Positions 19,587 to 31,042 of a stretch of DNA of 64,000 nucleotides are shown here, one piece after another. The stretch covers positions 1,952,001-2,016,000 of the forward strand of contig JASGJH010000001.1 of the NCBI GenBank assembly GCA_047601445.1, in the 5' to 3' direction. Both the position numbers and the translations under genes were made by a program. This DNA comes from Myxococcales bacterium. Its GTDB lineage: Bacteria > Myxococcota_A > Polyangia > Polyangiales > DASUME01. Numbering within the stretch: the stretch's first letter is position 1; each line of letters starts with the position of its first letter. The notes under the pieces are model-generated. The model worked only from the letters and a program-made list of their open reading frames with translations. It made no database searches and was not told the origin of the DNA.

Positions 19587-20717
19587 TCAAGTCCGCGCGG
19601 GCGAGCGCGCGAGCACCCGACCGAGAATCGCGATAGCTCGCTCGATATCGTGCGCGCTGGTCCCGGGCCCCAGGCTCAGGCGCAACGCGCTCTCGGCGCG
19701 CCAGGTTTCCTCCGGGTACATCGCCGTAAGCACTGGCGACGGCGCCCCCAAGCCCGAAGAACAGGCCGCTCCGGACGAGGCGCACAGCCCCTCCAGGTCG
19801 AGGGCGGCCACCAGGATTTCCCCGCGCCAGCCACGAAAGCTCAGGTTGGTCGCGCTGGACACGCGCGGGCCCTGCGCACCATTGACGAGCCCACCTAGCG
19901 CCTGGGCCGCCTGCTCCAAGCGGTCGCGCAGGCCGGCGAGCTCGGACATGGCCCCGAGCCGCGCGGGTAACTCCTGGGCAGCCGCCCCGAAGCCCACCAG
20001 CGCCAGCACGTCGGGAGTCCCTGGACGCCGACCGCGTTCTTGGGCACCGCCTTGGAGCAACGGCGTGAGCTCGCGACAGCGCTCTAGCCAAAGCGCGGCA
20101 GCGCCCGTGGGGCCCCCGATCTTGCTCGACGTGAGCACGAGTGCACTGACGCCCAAGGAACCCACGTCGATGGGGAGCTTGCCGTAAGCTTGGCTGGCGT
20201 CGACCGCCAGGGGCACGCCGCGCGTCGCGCACATGCGCGCATAGGCTTCCACGGGCAGCACGTTGCCGGTCTCATGGTTCGCCCATTGCGTGACCACCAG
20301 ACGCGTGTGTTCGTTCAGCAGCGCCCCGAGTTCGCCCTCGCTCGGCGCGCGCCCGGCGCGAACCCCCAAACGCCGCAAGCGCATTCCCCGCGCAACCAGG
20401 CTCTGCAGGGCTTGCTCGATGGCTGGATGCTCGACGTCACTGGCCACCACCTCGCCGTCCGCAACACGCGACCCCAGCAGCCCCAACAAAGCCAAATTGC
20501 AGGCCTCGGTGCCTCCACTGGTGAAGACCACGTCGGCCGCCTGGGCGCCGATGCTCTGAGCCACCGCGCCGCGCGCTCGCTCGACCAGCGCCTTGGAGGC
20601 GCGCCCCGCACGGTGCACGCTGGAGGGGTTGGCCCAGGCCGCGGCGCTCGCTTGCGCCATGGCCTGGCGCGCGCTTTCGCACACGGGTGTGGCGGCGTGA
20701 TGGTCGAGATAGATCAC
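19587..20717 (-). CDS. Cysteine desulfurase (IscS/NifS family), likely the sulfur donor for MnmA
   Basis: IYLDHHAATP, ANPSSVH, FTSGGTEA, NHETG, SSKIGGP, RPGTP, SSGAAC. Confidence 0.92.
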   Translation of the reverse strand: MIYLDHHAATPVCESARQAMAQASAAAWANPSSVHRAGRASKALVERARGAVAQSIGAQAADVVFTSGGTEACNLALLGLLGSRVADGEVVASDVEHPAIEQALQSLVARGMRLRRLGVRAGRAPSEGELGALLNEHTRLVVTQWANHETGNVLPVEAYARMCATRGVPLAVDASQAYGKLPIDVGSLGVSALVLTSSKIGGPTGAAALWLERCRELTPLLQGGAQERGRRPGTPDVLALVGFGAAAQELPARLGAMSELAGLRDRLEQAAQALGGLVNGAQGPRVSSATNLSFRGWRGEILVAALDLEGLCASSGAACSSGLGAPSPVLTAMYPEETWRAESALRLSLGPGTSAHDIERAIAILGRVLARSPART

Positions 20718-21943
20718 AGCGTGTGGGCTGCGATACGTCCGTCCGGGGGCACTCGCAAGGTCACGCAGGTACCCATCAGCATGCGCCCTGCCACTGGCTC
20801 GGACGGCGGGCTCTGGATGTCGATGCCGCCACCCATCGCTTCACACACGCGGCGCGCGAAGGCGAGCCCGAGGCCGACGCCGCCATGGCTGCGCGTCACC
20901 GATCCATCGACCTGATAGAAGGGCTGCAAGATGTTGGGGATCTGTTCGGGCAGCACGCCTGGGCCGCTGTCCGCCACGAACATCCCGTACCACTCACCGC
21001 CGCCGGGCAAGTAGCCCTTGCGGATGGCCAACGCGACCTCGCCGCCCTTGGGCGTGAACTTGGCCGCGTTGTCGAGCACGTGAACCATCGCGCGCTGCAG
21101 CTTGTCGGCGTCGCCGATGGCGGGAAACGCGGGCTCGCGGACGGGCTCCACGCTGAAGTTGATGCTCTGCTCTTCGAACCGCGCGCGCACTTCGGCGACG
21201 GCCTTTTGGGCGATCATGCCGAAGTCGTACTGCACGTAGAAGAAATGCAGGCGGCCCGTCTCGAGCTGGCTCACGTCGAGCAAGGTGTCGACCAGCGAGC
21301 GCAAACGCTGGGTGGAGCCCTCCACGGAGCGCAGGCATTTGCGCTGGGTCTCGTTGAGTGGCCCGAGCTCCCCGCCGAGCAGGAGCTTCAAGTAGCCCAC
21401 CACCGGCGTCATGGGCGTGGCGAGCTCATGGCTGAGGTTGCGCAGAAATTCGCGGCGCAAACGCGAATTTTCTTCCAGGCGGCGATTGGCTTCGATCAGC
21501 TCGCCCACCTTCTTCTCGAGGCGCTCGACGATCTTCTGCGAGCGCTCGCGCAGTCGAATCTCACCGGTCTCGTCGGCGTGCTCGCGGTGACCGCGCAAGT
21601 AGCGATCCACCAGCTGCCCGAAGCGTCCCGCGTCGATGGGCTTGGCGATGAAGCCATCGGCGCCGACCGCCAGGCTCGTCATGCGGTCGCCCTCCGCAGT
21701 GATGGCGACGATGGGCACCCCGATCAAGCTCGGCATGCCGCGTAGACGCAGCGTGACCTCGTAGCCGTCGAGGTCAGGCACGTTGATGTCCACGAGGACG
21801 ATGTCCGGGCGTTCGGCCCCAGCCAAGCGGATGCCCTCGAGCCCGCTCTCGGCTTCGACCACGCTGTGACCGGCGGCCAAGAGCAGCTTCTTTACGAGCA
21901 AGCGACTCTTGGGGTCGTCTTCGATATGGAGTACTCGTGCCAC
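20714..21943 (-). CDS. Hybrid response regulator / histidine kinase (cytoplasmic)
   Basis: N-terminal REC (IEDD, LVDINVP, KP), HisKA SHELATP, N-box DNAAKF, DSGPG, GVGLGL. Confidence 0.93.
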   Translation of the reverse strand: MARVLHIEDDPKSRLLVKKLLLAAGHSVVEAESGLEGIRLAGAERPDIVLVDINVPDLDGYEVTLRLRGMPSLIGVPIVAITAEGDRMTSLAVGADGFIAKPIDAGRFGQLVDRYLRGHREHADETGEIRLRERSQKIVERLEKKVGELIEANRRLEENSRLRREFLRNLSHELATPMTPVVGYLKLLLGGELGPLNETQRKCLRSVEGSTQRLRSLVDTLLDVSQLETGRLHFFYVQYDFGMIAQKAVAEVRARFEEQSINFSVEPVREPAFPAIGDADKLQRAMVHVLDNAAKFTPKGGEVALAIRKGYLPGGGEWYGMFVADSGPGVLPEQIPNILQPFYQVDGSVTRSHGGVGLGLAFARRVCEAMGGGIDIQSPPSEPVAGRMLMGTCVTLRVPPDGRIAAHTL

Positions 21944-22034
21944 GCGGTCTGGACGATACCACGCGGCTCGGACGCGACAGAAATCCCTACAAGACAGGGG
22001 CGCGCGCTGCCCGAACAGCGCGGGCAGCGCTCAT

Positions 22035-24254
22035 TCAGCGGTCCTCGTCCTCGGGCTCGTCCTCGTCGTTATCCTCAGCGCTCTCGCGGTCTTCGGAGCT
22101 TTCGTCCCAGCCGGCCTCGGAGCTCTCTTCGTCGTCTTCGTCGGCCTCGGGCTCCCGCTCTTCGTGGTCCTCCGAACCTTCGGCGTACTCCGCGTGCTCG
22201 GCGTGTGACTCGTCGCCTTCGCCCTCCGCGGGCTCCTCGCTGGACTCGTCGCCCTCACGCTCCCAGTCGCCCTCGGGCGCGGCCTCCGCACCTTCGGCGC
22301 CCCCGCTGGCCGAACCGGCCTCGCCAGCCTCCTCACGGTCGCGGCCACGACGGCGGCGACGGCGGCGACGGCGACGGCCGCCTTCGCGCGCCTCACCCTG
22401 CTCGGCAGCCGCGCCCTCGGCGTCGCCGCCTGCGGCGGCCGCTTCGCCCGCAGCACGATCGCCCTCCTCGGACTCGACTTCTTCGTCGAGCTCCTCGTCC
22501 TCGAAGGCCTCGGCCTCCGCGGCTCCTTCATCCGCCAGCGGCCTGGGCTGCCCCTCGGGGCGACGCTCCCCGCGCTCACGGTCGCGATCCCGGTCGCGAT
22601 CGCGATCCCGATCACGGTCCCGATCCCGATCGCGGTCCCGATCGCTGCGCGGCCCACGCAGGCTCTCGAGCAAATCGAAGTCGATGGCGGACACCGGCAC
22701 GTACTGCACCGAAAGACCCACGCCCACGCGCTCCATCGCCGCGGCCAACGCCATGCCGTCGAACAGCGTGACGGAAGCCGAGGCCGGCGCCTGAGACTCT
22801 TCCTTTGCCCCGCTCGTGACCTGGCCCAACGTGATCAACCAAGCCGTGCTCGCGTTGCCGTAGTAGTGGAGCGCCCCGCGCGCTTCGATCACGCGTTCGC
22901 GGCCGATCTCGGCCTGTCCTCGCAGCAGCACCACCACCGCCACGCGCACTTCCTCTACGCCGCGGCGTAGGGTGCCTGCGAGGTGCAGCTCGCCGGGGCC
23001 GCTGCCAGGGCGACGCACGGCGCGCAACCCGACCACGCCCTCGGCGTTGAGCCAGGTCGCGATGACCTCGGCCAGGCCAGCGTTCGAGAGGTCCGACAGG
23101 CAGCGCAGGTAGGCGCGACGGGCGCGCTCGCGCTGGCGTTCAGCCGCACGCTGCACCTCCTGCTCGGCACGTGCAACGTCCTGGGGCACCAAGAAATCAG
23201 TGAGTACGAGGCCTGCGCCGTCCACGCGGAAGCGCGGGCGCGCACGCTCGATCTTCTTGCGGGCCACGTCGGCGCGCACCGCCGCCATCACCGTGGGGAC
23301 CAGCGCCTGCGGGTCGCCAGCGAGGCGCCCGCGACGCACGAGCATGTCGGCGGCGCGGAAGACCGCCATACCACGCGGGCCCGCCTGGGAGAGCACGCTC
23401 GCCACGGCATCGGCGAGATCCTTGCCAAGCAGATCCCCGTCGGCCACCTCGCGGTTCGAGTCGGCGTACACCTCGTCGCGGCGGTCATCGCGCTCGCGAC
23501 GGTCATCACGCTCACGGCGCTCGTTGCGGTCGCGGTCGCGATCGCGCTCGTGGCGGTCGCGCTCACGTCCGCCGCGCTCACGTCCGCCGCGCTCCTCGCG
23601 GTTGCGTTCGTTGCGGCGCTCGTCACGACGCGGTTCGCGGTTCTCGCGCGCGTCGCGCGCCTCGCGCGGCTGGCCCGCCTCTTCCGTTCCCGGCTCGTCC
23701 GCGTCGCCACGGCCGCGACGGCGGCGCTTCCGCTTTCGACGTGACGAGCGTCCCTCGCCGGACTGCGACTCCGCGGAGCGCTCGCCGCCCTCGCCTTCCT
23801 CGTCGTCGTCCTCTTCTTCTTCGTCCGAGCCACCCAGGATCGGCTCGTCGTCGTCTTCTTCTTCGGGGAACACGTCGGCTCCGGGCAGAGGCTTGCGCGG
23901 CTCGGGAGCGGCCTTGGCCGTGGCTTCACCCTCACCTGCAGCGGCGGGCTCGGGCTTGTTCTCCTCGTTCTCCACTTCGACCTCCGGAAGCTCATCGATA
24001 TCGCCGGACAGATCCGCCAGTTGCTCTTCGCTGAACTCGCGCAGACCGAAAACGCCGGGTTTGACCTTGATAATTGGGACTTCACCGCGGTCGCGCTTGA
24101 CCATCGTGGCCAGCCGCGAGCTCATGGTGACCTCGGGTGTCTTGCCGACATGCGAGAGCAGGTTTCGCTCGATCGCAATCTCGGTGATCTTCTTGTAGTG
24201 GAGAGGTCTGCCCACTCGGCGCAGCACCTCTACCGCTGCTTCAGTAAACGTCAT
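22035..24254 (-). CDS. HARE-HTH protein with degenerate Mrr-like domain and large charged disordered regions
   Basis: MTFTEAAVEVLRRVGRPLHYKKITEIAIERNLL...GKTPEVTMSSRL...VKPGVFGL (HARE-HTH); Mrr-like EIGRERVIEARGAL...WLITLGQVTSGAKEES...VTLFDGMALAAAM; RD and E/D tracts. Confidence 0.8.
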   Translation of the reverse strand: MTFTEAAVEVLRRVGRPLHYKKITEIAIERNLLSHVGKTPEVTMSSRLATMVKRDRGEVPIIKVKPGVFGLREFSEEQLADLSGDIDELPEVEVENEENKPEPAAAGEGEATAKAAPEPRKPLPGADVFPEEEDDDEPILGGSDEEEEDDDEEGEGGERSAESQSGEGRSSRRKRKRRRRGRGDADEPGTEEAGQPREARDARENREPRRDERRNERNREERGGRERGGRERDRHERDRDRDRNERRERDDRRERDDRRDEVYADSNREVADGDLLGKDLADAVASVLSQAGPRGMAVFRAADMLVRRGRLAGDPQALVPTVMAAVRADVARKKIERARPRFRVDGAGLVLTDFLVPQDVARAEQEVQRAAERQRERARRAYLRCLSDLSNAGLAEVIATWLNAEGVVGLRAVRRPGSGPGELHLAGTLRRGVEEVRVAVVVLLRGQAEIGRERVIEARGALHYYGNASTAWLITLGQVTSGAKEESQAPASASVTLFDGMALAAAMERVGVGLSVQYVPVSAIDFDLLESLRGPRSDRDRDRDRDRDRDRDRDRDRDRERGERRPEGQPRPLADEGAAEAEAFEDEELDEEVESEEGDRAAGEAAAAGGDAEGAAAEQGEAREGGRRRRRRRRRRGRDREEAGEAGSASGGAEGAEAAPEGDWEREGDESSEEPAEGEGDESHAEHAEYAEGSEDHEEREPEADEDDEESSEAGWDESSEDRESAEDNDEDEPEDEDR
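22575..22643 (-). repeat. Imperfect hexanucleotide repeat encoding ~10 DR dipeptides
   Basis: (GAY CGN)n inside the HARE-HTH gene; synonymous variation indicates selection on the protein. Confidence 0.8.
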
Positions 24255-24444
24255 CAGGACATGTCTCGTGATTCGAAGCGCACGGTTTCGCGCGCGAGCA
24301 AAACTAGAACCTGAACCCTGGGTCCAGTACCGCGTCGCGATACACCCGCCCCAAGTCAGGCCGGGACGGTAACACCGCCGAGCCAGGGGGGCAACGACCG
24401 AGGGGACGGGCCGCAAGCCCTGGAGACGGCTAGGCTCTTGCCCT

Positions 24445-24936
24445 GTGACGAGGTCGTTGGGGACGGGCCTGCTGCTGCTCTGGCTCGCGCTGCTTCCAGG
24501 GCGCGGCCAAGCCGCTCCCAACGCCGAGGCCGCGCGCGGCATGCGCTTGCTCCAAATGCAGGGCTGTGTGGCCTGCCACTCTCTCGATGGGAGCCCCTCG
24601 GCGGGTCCGAGCTTCGCTGGACGCTTCGGCACGCTCGTGGACGTGCGCGTCGGGGGTGAACGACGTCGGGTCCCCTTCGATCGAGCCTATTTGGCCCGCG
24701 CCCTGAGTGACCCCAACGCCGAGATCGCCGCAGGGTTCGCGCCGCACGTGATGCCCACCTTCGCGCTCACCACCGAACAGACCGCCGCCATCGCCACCGC
24801 CCTCTCCGAGCTTCCTGCCGAGCCGGAGTCGGATCGCGGGCTCGCTCGGCTGGCCGTCTGGCTGGGGAGCGGACTCTTGGGGCTGCTGCTGCTCTATGCG
24901 TGGCGTCGACGCCCCAAGACCCGGCCGCGGTCCTGA
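24445..24936 (+). CDS. Monoheme cytochrome c with C-terminal membrane anchor
   Basis: Signal peptide, GCVACHSLDG, distal Met in HVMP, C-terminal TM followed by RRRPK. Confidence 0.85.
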   Translation: MTRSLGTGLLLLWLALLPGRGQAAPNAEAARGMRLLQMQGCVACHSLDGSPSAGPSFAGRFGTLVDVRVGGERRRVPFDRAYLARALSDPNAEIAAGFAPHVMPTFALTTEQTAAIATALSELPAEPESDRGLARLAVWLGSGLLGLLLLYAWRRRPKTRPRS

Positions 24937-24941
24937 CTGCC

Positions 24942-26273
24942 CTAGTCGAGCGCCACCACGGCCTGACCAGCCGCGTCCGCGACCTCCAAACGCTGCAGCT
25001 CGACCTGACTTCCCTGCGACCAGGGCGGGCTCGGCAACAGCAAGAGGCTCAACCAGCCCGTATCGCTCTCGCGCACCAGCACGAGCGCGCGTTCACGGGC
25101 CGTCTGGTCGCGCACGCTGGCCACATCGAGCGCATGGGCAGGCAAATCGAGCTCTTCGGGCGCCGAGCGCAGCGAAGGGAACACGCGCGCCACGCCGCCA
25201 TCCACGACCGCCAAGACCTCGGGCTGACTGTCGCCGTCGAGGTCCACGAGCAGCCCCGGCCCCACGTTCACATGTTCGGCCCAGGGGGTCAGCGCCAGCG
25301 CGTCGGCTTGCGCCTCGAGGCGCCTGACGTCGGCCGTATCGCGAGCCAGCAGCAGGCTGCTCGGTTCGCCGGCCCCCTTCCCGATCAGCCCCTGCACTGC
25401 AGGGAAAGCCACGCTCTGCAGGGGACCCCAGGCCAGCTTCCCGGAGGCCGCGAGGAACTCCACCCCCGCGAGCTTGCCTGCCTGCGGCAGCGCAGCCCAC
25501 AGCGAGCGACCGCTGCCCATGAGGCGTGCTGTCACCAAATCCCGAGCCCCTAGTCCAAGCGGCTGTTGCGCCACCCGAGTGAGGCTCGTGCCTCCCGCAA
25601 AGAGCCACAGCTCGCCCGGGCGCTGCGCCGTGAGGTCCCCTCGGGTGAGGACCGCCAGGGCCGCGGCGCCCGTCCCCTCGACTTCGAGTCCCGCCACCGC
25701 GCTGACCGGCGCTTCCACCAGAGCGCGCGCAGGCTCGAAGCCGCCCGCCATGCGCCCTCGCAGCAAGAACGCCCCTGCGCCCGGTCGGTGCAGCACCTGC
25801 GGCGGCGGCGCCGTGGCCAGCACCAAATCGAGCACGCCATCGGCGTCGAAGTCGTGGGCCGTGACTCCCCCCGGCAGCTCCGCCCGCGACGGGAAACGCG
25901 CGCCACGCTGGGCCTGCGGCAGCTCCCCCACCGAGCTCAGATCCAGCCGGGTGTAGCCGCCCTTGCACCACACGAAGGCGGCCTGGCTGGCGCCGAGCGC
26001 CAGACCGTAAACGCGCGCGCCTTTCTCGGGCGCCTCGCAGACGGGAAAGCTCCACACCTTGAGCGGCTCGGGCCTGGGTGCCCCAGCGTCGCTCGGCGCT
26101 TTTTTCGGAGCAGCATGGTCAGGGACAGGCTGGGCTAGATCCCTGGCGGCGAATTCCACGCGCGCAGGCGGCTCCGGCGTCACGCTCGGCACCGCGTCGA
26201 GAGCGACCCCCAACAGCACCACCGCCGCCACGGCGGACAGCCACGCAAGCACACGGCCGAGCTGTTGTTTCAC
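24942..26273 (-). CDS. FG-GAP/VCBS-like repeat membrane-anchored protein
   Basis: N-terminal TM; DFDADGVLDL and DLDGDSQPEV motifs. Confidence 0.7.
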   Translation of the reverse strand: MKQQLGRVLAWLSAVAAVVLLGVALDAVPSVTPEPPARVEFAARDLAQPVPDHAAPKKAPSDAGAPRPEPLKVWSFPVCEAPEKGARVYGLALGASQAAFVWCKGGYTRLDLSSVGELPQAQRGARFPSRAELPGGVTAHDFDADGVLDLVLATAPPPQVLHRPGAGAFLLRGRMAGGFEPARALVEAPVSAVAGLEVEGTGAAALAVLTRGDLTAQRPGELWLFAGGTSLTRVAQQPLGLGARDLVTARLMGSGRSLWAALPQAGKLAGVEFLAASGKLAWGPLQSVAFPAVQGLIGKGAGEPSSLLLARDTADVRRLEAQADALALTPWAEHVNVGPGLLVDLDGDSQPEVLAVVDGGVARVFPSLRSAPEELDLPAHALDVASVRDQTARERALVLVRESDTGWLSLLLLPSPPWSQGSQVELQRLEVADAAGQAVVALD

Positions 26274-26282
26274 CGCGCTCCC

Positions 26283-28328
26283 TCAGGTGCCAGACAGGCG
26301 CGTCACCAACTTGGCCAGATCGTCCACCCCGAGCGCGGTGTCCTTGGGACCGCTCGGCTGGGCCTGCACCTCGAGCACGAACGCCTGGGCTCCCACGGCC
26401 AGTGCGCTCTCGGAGAGCAGCGCGGCCAGACGCGCGCTGCTGGTGGCCTGGCATGCGTCCACCGCGACGGGCAGGTGCGAGCGTTCGCGCAGCAGCGCCA
26501 CCGCAGAGAGGTCCAGGGTGCCCAGGGTCCCGCGCTCGAAGGTGCGGATGCCCCGTTCACACAGGAAGACACGGTGGTTGCCGCGCTCGAGCACGTAATC
26601 GGCTGCCGAGAGCCACTCCTCGACCGAAGCCATGGCCCCGCGCTCCAGCATCACCGGCCGATCCACGCGCCCCACCTCCCGCAACAAAGCAGGGTTCTCC
26701 ATGTTCGCCCCGCCCACCACCAGGAAGTCGGCGCGCAACACGGCGCGATCCACGTCCGACGGATGGAGCACCTCCACCATCACCGGGATGCCCGCGATGC
26801 GCCCCACCTCCTCGAGCAGGGTCAACGGATCCGCACCGAGCTTCTCCGCGACGTCGCGTGCGCTCTGCTGAAAGCACGGCGCCCACAGCACACCCGCCCC
26901 GGCAGCGCGCACCGCACGGGCCAGGTCGAGCAGGCCTTCGCGCGACGCGTAGCTGTTCACGCGGGCCACCACGGTGGCCGACGCCCCGCCAAGCCGCACG
27001 CCGCCCACCTCGATCACGGTGTCTTCGGGGCGACGATGGCGCGAGCTCAGTCGGGTGCGCGAAGGATCGAGATCGTTGGCGTCCAGGCTCGGACGGCTCG
27101 CGCGCGGCTCGGGCTGGCGGAAGGACTTGGCCTCGGGAGGCCGCGACTCACGCATGGTGCGCCCCGGATAGCACCCGAGCAGGCGCAGGTAGCTCGTCTT
27201 CTCGCGCAGCTCCTCGAGCGCCTCGGCCACCGAGGGATCGTCGATATTGCCCTCGAAATCCAGGTAGAACAGGTACTCCCAGGGCGTGTGCGGGCGCGGC
27301 CGCGACTCGATCTTGGTCAGATTGCACCCGCGGGATGCCAGCGAATCGAGGCAGGACAGCAGGGCCCCCTGCTCGTGCTTGGTCGCCAAGATCAGCGAGG
27401 TCTTGGCAGCCACGCGCGCATCGACCTTCTCGGGCGTGGCCGCGATGATCATCATGCGCGTGAAGTTTTCCTTCTGGTTGGCGATGTCGCGCTTGATCAC
27501 GACCAGGCCGTAACGGCGCGCCGCCTCTTCGCTGGCGATGGCTGCCTGCGAGAGGTCCTGTTCGCGCCCCACACGCTGCACACTGAGGGCCGTGTCGATA
27601 TAGGCCTCCACGTGACAGTCGGTCAGGCTCCCCAGGAAATTCGAGCACTGAGCGAGCGCCTGCGGATGCGAGAACACGCGGCGAATGCGGTTCACCGGGA
27701 TGGCCTCCAGGGCCACCAGGCAATGCTCCACCTTCTGGATCTCCTCGCCGACCACCGACAGATCCATCTGCGCCAGCAGATCGTAGGCGTCGTTGATGGA
27801 GCCCGCGGTGGTGTTCTCGATCGGCAGCACGCCGTAGTGCGCCTGTCCGTCGCGCACCGCCTCCATCATCGCGCGGAAGCTCGGATAGCCGCGAAACACC
27901 ACCTCGCCGCCGCGCGGCCCGAAGTGCCGCATGGCTGCCAGGTGACTGTACGCACCGTCCACGCCTTGATAGGCCACTACCAGTTCGGCGCTGACGCGGC
28001 CCGGGTTCTGGTTCTTGGCCAAGAACTCCTGCTGGAGGCGCACGGAGTGATCGATCAGCTCGCGGAACACGCGCGTGACGTAGAAGCCGTCGAGCCCCGC
28101 GCCCTGCCCCTGGTGGGCGAGCCTGGCCAGCAAGGCCTCTTCGCGCACCGGGTCCCGCACCTTGCCGTCGCCCTTTTGAGCCTTGCGGCGCGCGACCTCC
28201 ATGACCAGCCGCTCACGTTCGACCAGTGCCGTCACGATACGCTGGTCGACTTCATCGACCTGCGCGCGCACATCGTCCAAGCCCTCGAGCATGCGCTGCT
28301 CAGTGGCGTCTTGTTGGCTCTTGCTCAC
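26283..28328 (-). CDS. pheA: Chorismate mutase-prephenate dehydratase fused to a degenerate DAHP synthase (type I-beta) domain
   Basis: CM (VRAQVDEVD...VRDPVREE), PDT (AYQGVDGAYS, PIENTTAGSI, SHPQALAQC, NFTR), ACT (NLTKIESRP), then a DAHPS-like barrel (CERGIRTFE). Confidence 0.9.
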   Translation of the reverse strand: MSKSQQDATEQRMLEGLDDVRAQVDEVDQRIVTALVERERLVMEVARRKAQKGDGKVRDPVREEALLARLAHQGQGAGLDGFYVTRVFRELIDHSVRLQQEFLAKNQNPGRVSAELVVAYQGVDGAYSHLAAMRHFGPRGGEVVFRGYPSFRAMMEAVRDGQAHYGVLPIENTTAGSINDAYDLLAQMDLSVVGEEIQKVEHCLVALEAIPVNRIRRVFSHPQALAQCSNFLGSLTDCHVEAYIDTALSVQRVGREQDLSQAAIASEEAARRYGLVVIKRDIANQKENFTRMMIIAATPEKVDARVAAKTSLILATKHEQGALLSCLDSLASRGCNLTKIESRPRPHTPWEYLFYLDFEGNIDDPSVAEALEELREKTSYLRLLGCYPGRTMRESRPPEAKSFRQPEPRASRPSLDANDLDPSRTRLSSRHRRPEDTVIEVGGVRLGGASATVVARVNSYASREGLLDLARAVRAAGAGVLWAPCFQQSARDVAEKLGADPLTLLEEVGRIAGIPVMVEVLHPSDVDRAVLRADFLVVGGANMENPALLREVGRVDRPVMLERGAMASVEEWLSAADYVLERGNHRVFLCERGIRTFERGTLGTLDLSAVALLRERSHLPVAVDACQATSSARLAALLSESALAVGAQAFVLEVQAQPSGPKDTALGVDDLAKLVTRLSGT

Positions 28329-28331
28329 AGC

Positions 28332-30218
<1,887 letters not shown>

Positions 30219-30330
30219 CCTAATGCCCTATGAGTGGAAGGAAGTTGCGATGTGTATTCATTCTGGTCAACCAGTCGACCCATTTCGAAGCATGTTCCCA
30301 CGACTGAGCCTGGCCGTGAAACCCACGCTT

Positions 30331-30359
30331 TTGACTCCCTGCACAAGCGCTCCCACAAT
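30331..30359 (+). promoter_or_regulatory. Putative sigma70 promoter upstream of the pilin-like gene
   Basis: TTGACT-17-CACAAT. Confidence 0.55.
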
Positions 30360-30403
30360 CGCGGCCCGTGTTTGGCCCCCAGCAGGTGAGCTCTGATTTG
30401 CGT

Positions 30404-30989
30404 GTGGACGCCCACGTCCGCGTGCGCCATCTCGCGCGCGCCCATCGTTCCCGCGCCGGCCTCTCGCTCGTGGAGACCGCTGCTCTCATCTCGCTGACGG
30501 GCATCCTGGTCGCGGCATTCGCGCCGACTTTCGTGCGTCATCTGCGCACGAGCAAGAATCTCCGAGGCCGTCGAGACACTCGACGCGCTCTACCGCGGGA
30601 CGGCCGCCTACTACGCCGCCGAGCACGCCTCCGCCGCGGGGCAGCGGTCCGCGCGCGGTTGCTTGCCGAGCAGCATCGGGCCGCTTCCTGCGAGCCCGAC
30701 CCCCGAGCCCCAGGCCGTCGACTTCGATGCGGCCGAGGTGGATCCCACCTGGCGCGCGCTGGGCATGCATGGTGTCCAGTCCCTTCGCTACAGCTATCGA
30801 GTGTCGGTCGCGCAGCCCGGCTGCGGTCCTCGCAGCGAACCGAGCTCACCGGCCGTGTTGTTCCAGGCCGACGGCGATCTGGACGGCGACGGAGTGCCTT
30901 CGCACATCGAGCGCGCGGCAGCCATCTCGAGCGACCAGCGCGCGCTCGAGGCGCTCAGCCCGCTGCACATTCAGCAGCGAGTCGAGTAG
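30404..30989 (+). CDS. Type IV pilin-like protein, split by one extra base at ~30557 (probable sequencing error)
   Basis: Class III signal RAG|LSLVETAALISLTGILVAAFAPTF. Deleting one A joins RTSK-ISEAVETLDALYRGTAAYY to the 30663..30989 frame (PTWRALG, RYSY, ADGDLDGDG). Confidence 0.75.
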
Positions 30990-31009
30990 GCCTGCGGGCG
31001 CGCACCGAA

Positions 31010-31027
31010 GCGGGCGGGTCCGCCCGC
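31010..31027. terminator. GC hairpin between the convergent pilin and kinase genes
   Basis: GCGGGCG-GGTC-CGCCCGC; weak U-tract. Confidence 0.3.
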
Positions 31028-31042
31028 GAGCAAAACCAGCGC

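Noticed and set aside
21937..22794. Plus-strand ORF with SR repeats resembling a eukaryotic SR protein (also 23200..24198)
   Set aside because: It is the antisense shadow of the DR/E-rich tracts of the HARE-HTH gene, with no independent coding evidence.
23475..23670. Short tandem repeats as a possible CRISPR or VNTR
   Set aside because: They are in-frame low-complexity coding sequence (RERGG, RRERDD) with no repeat-spacer structure.
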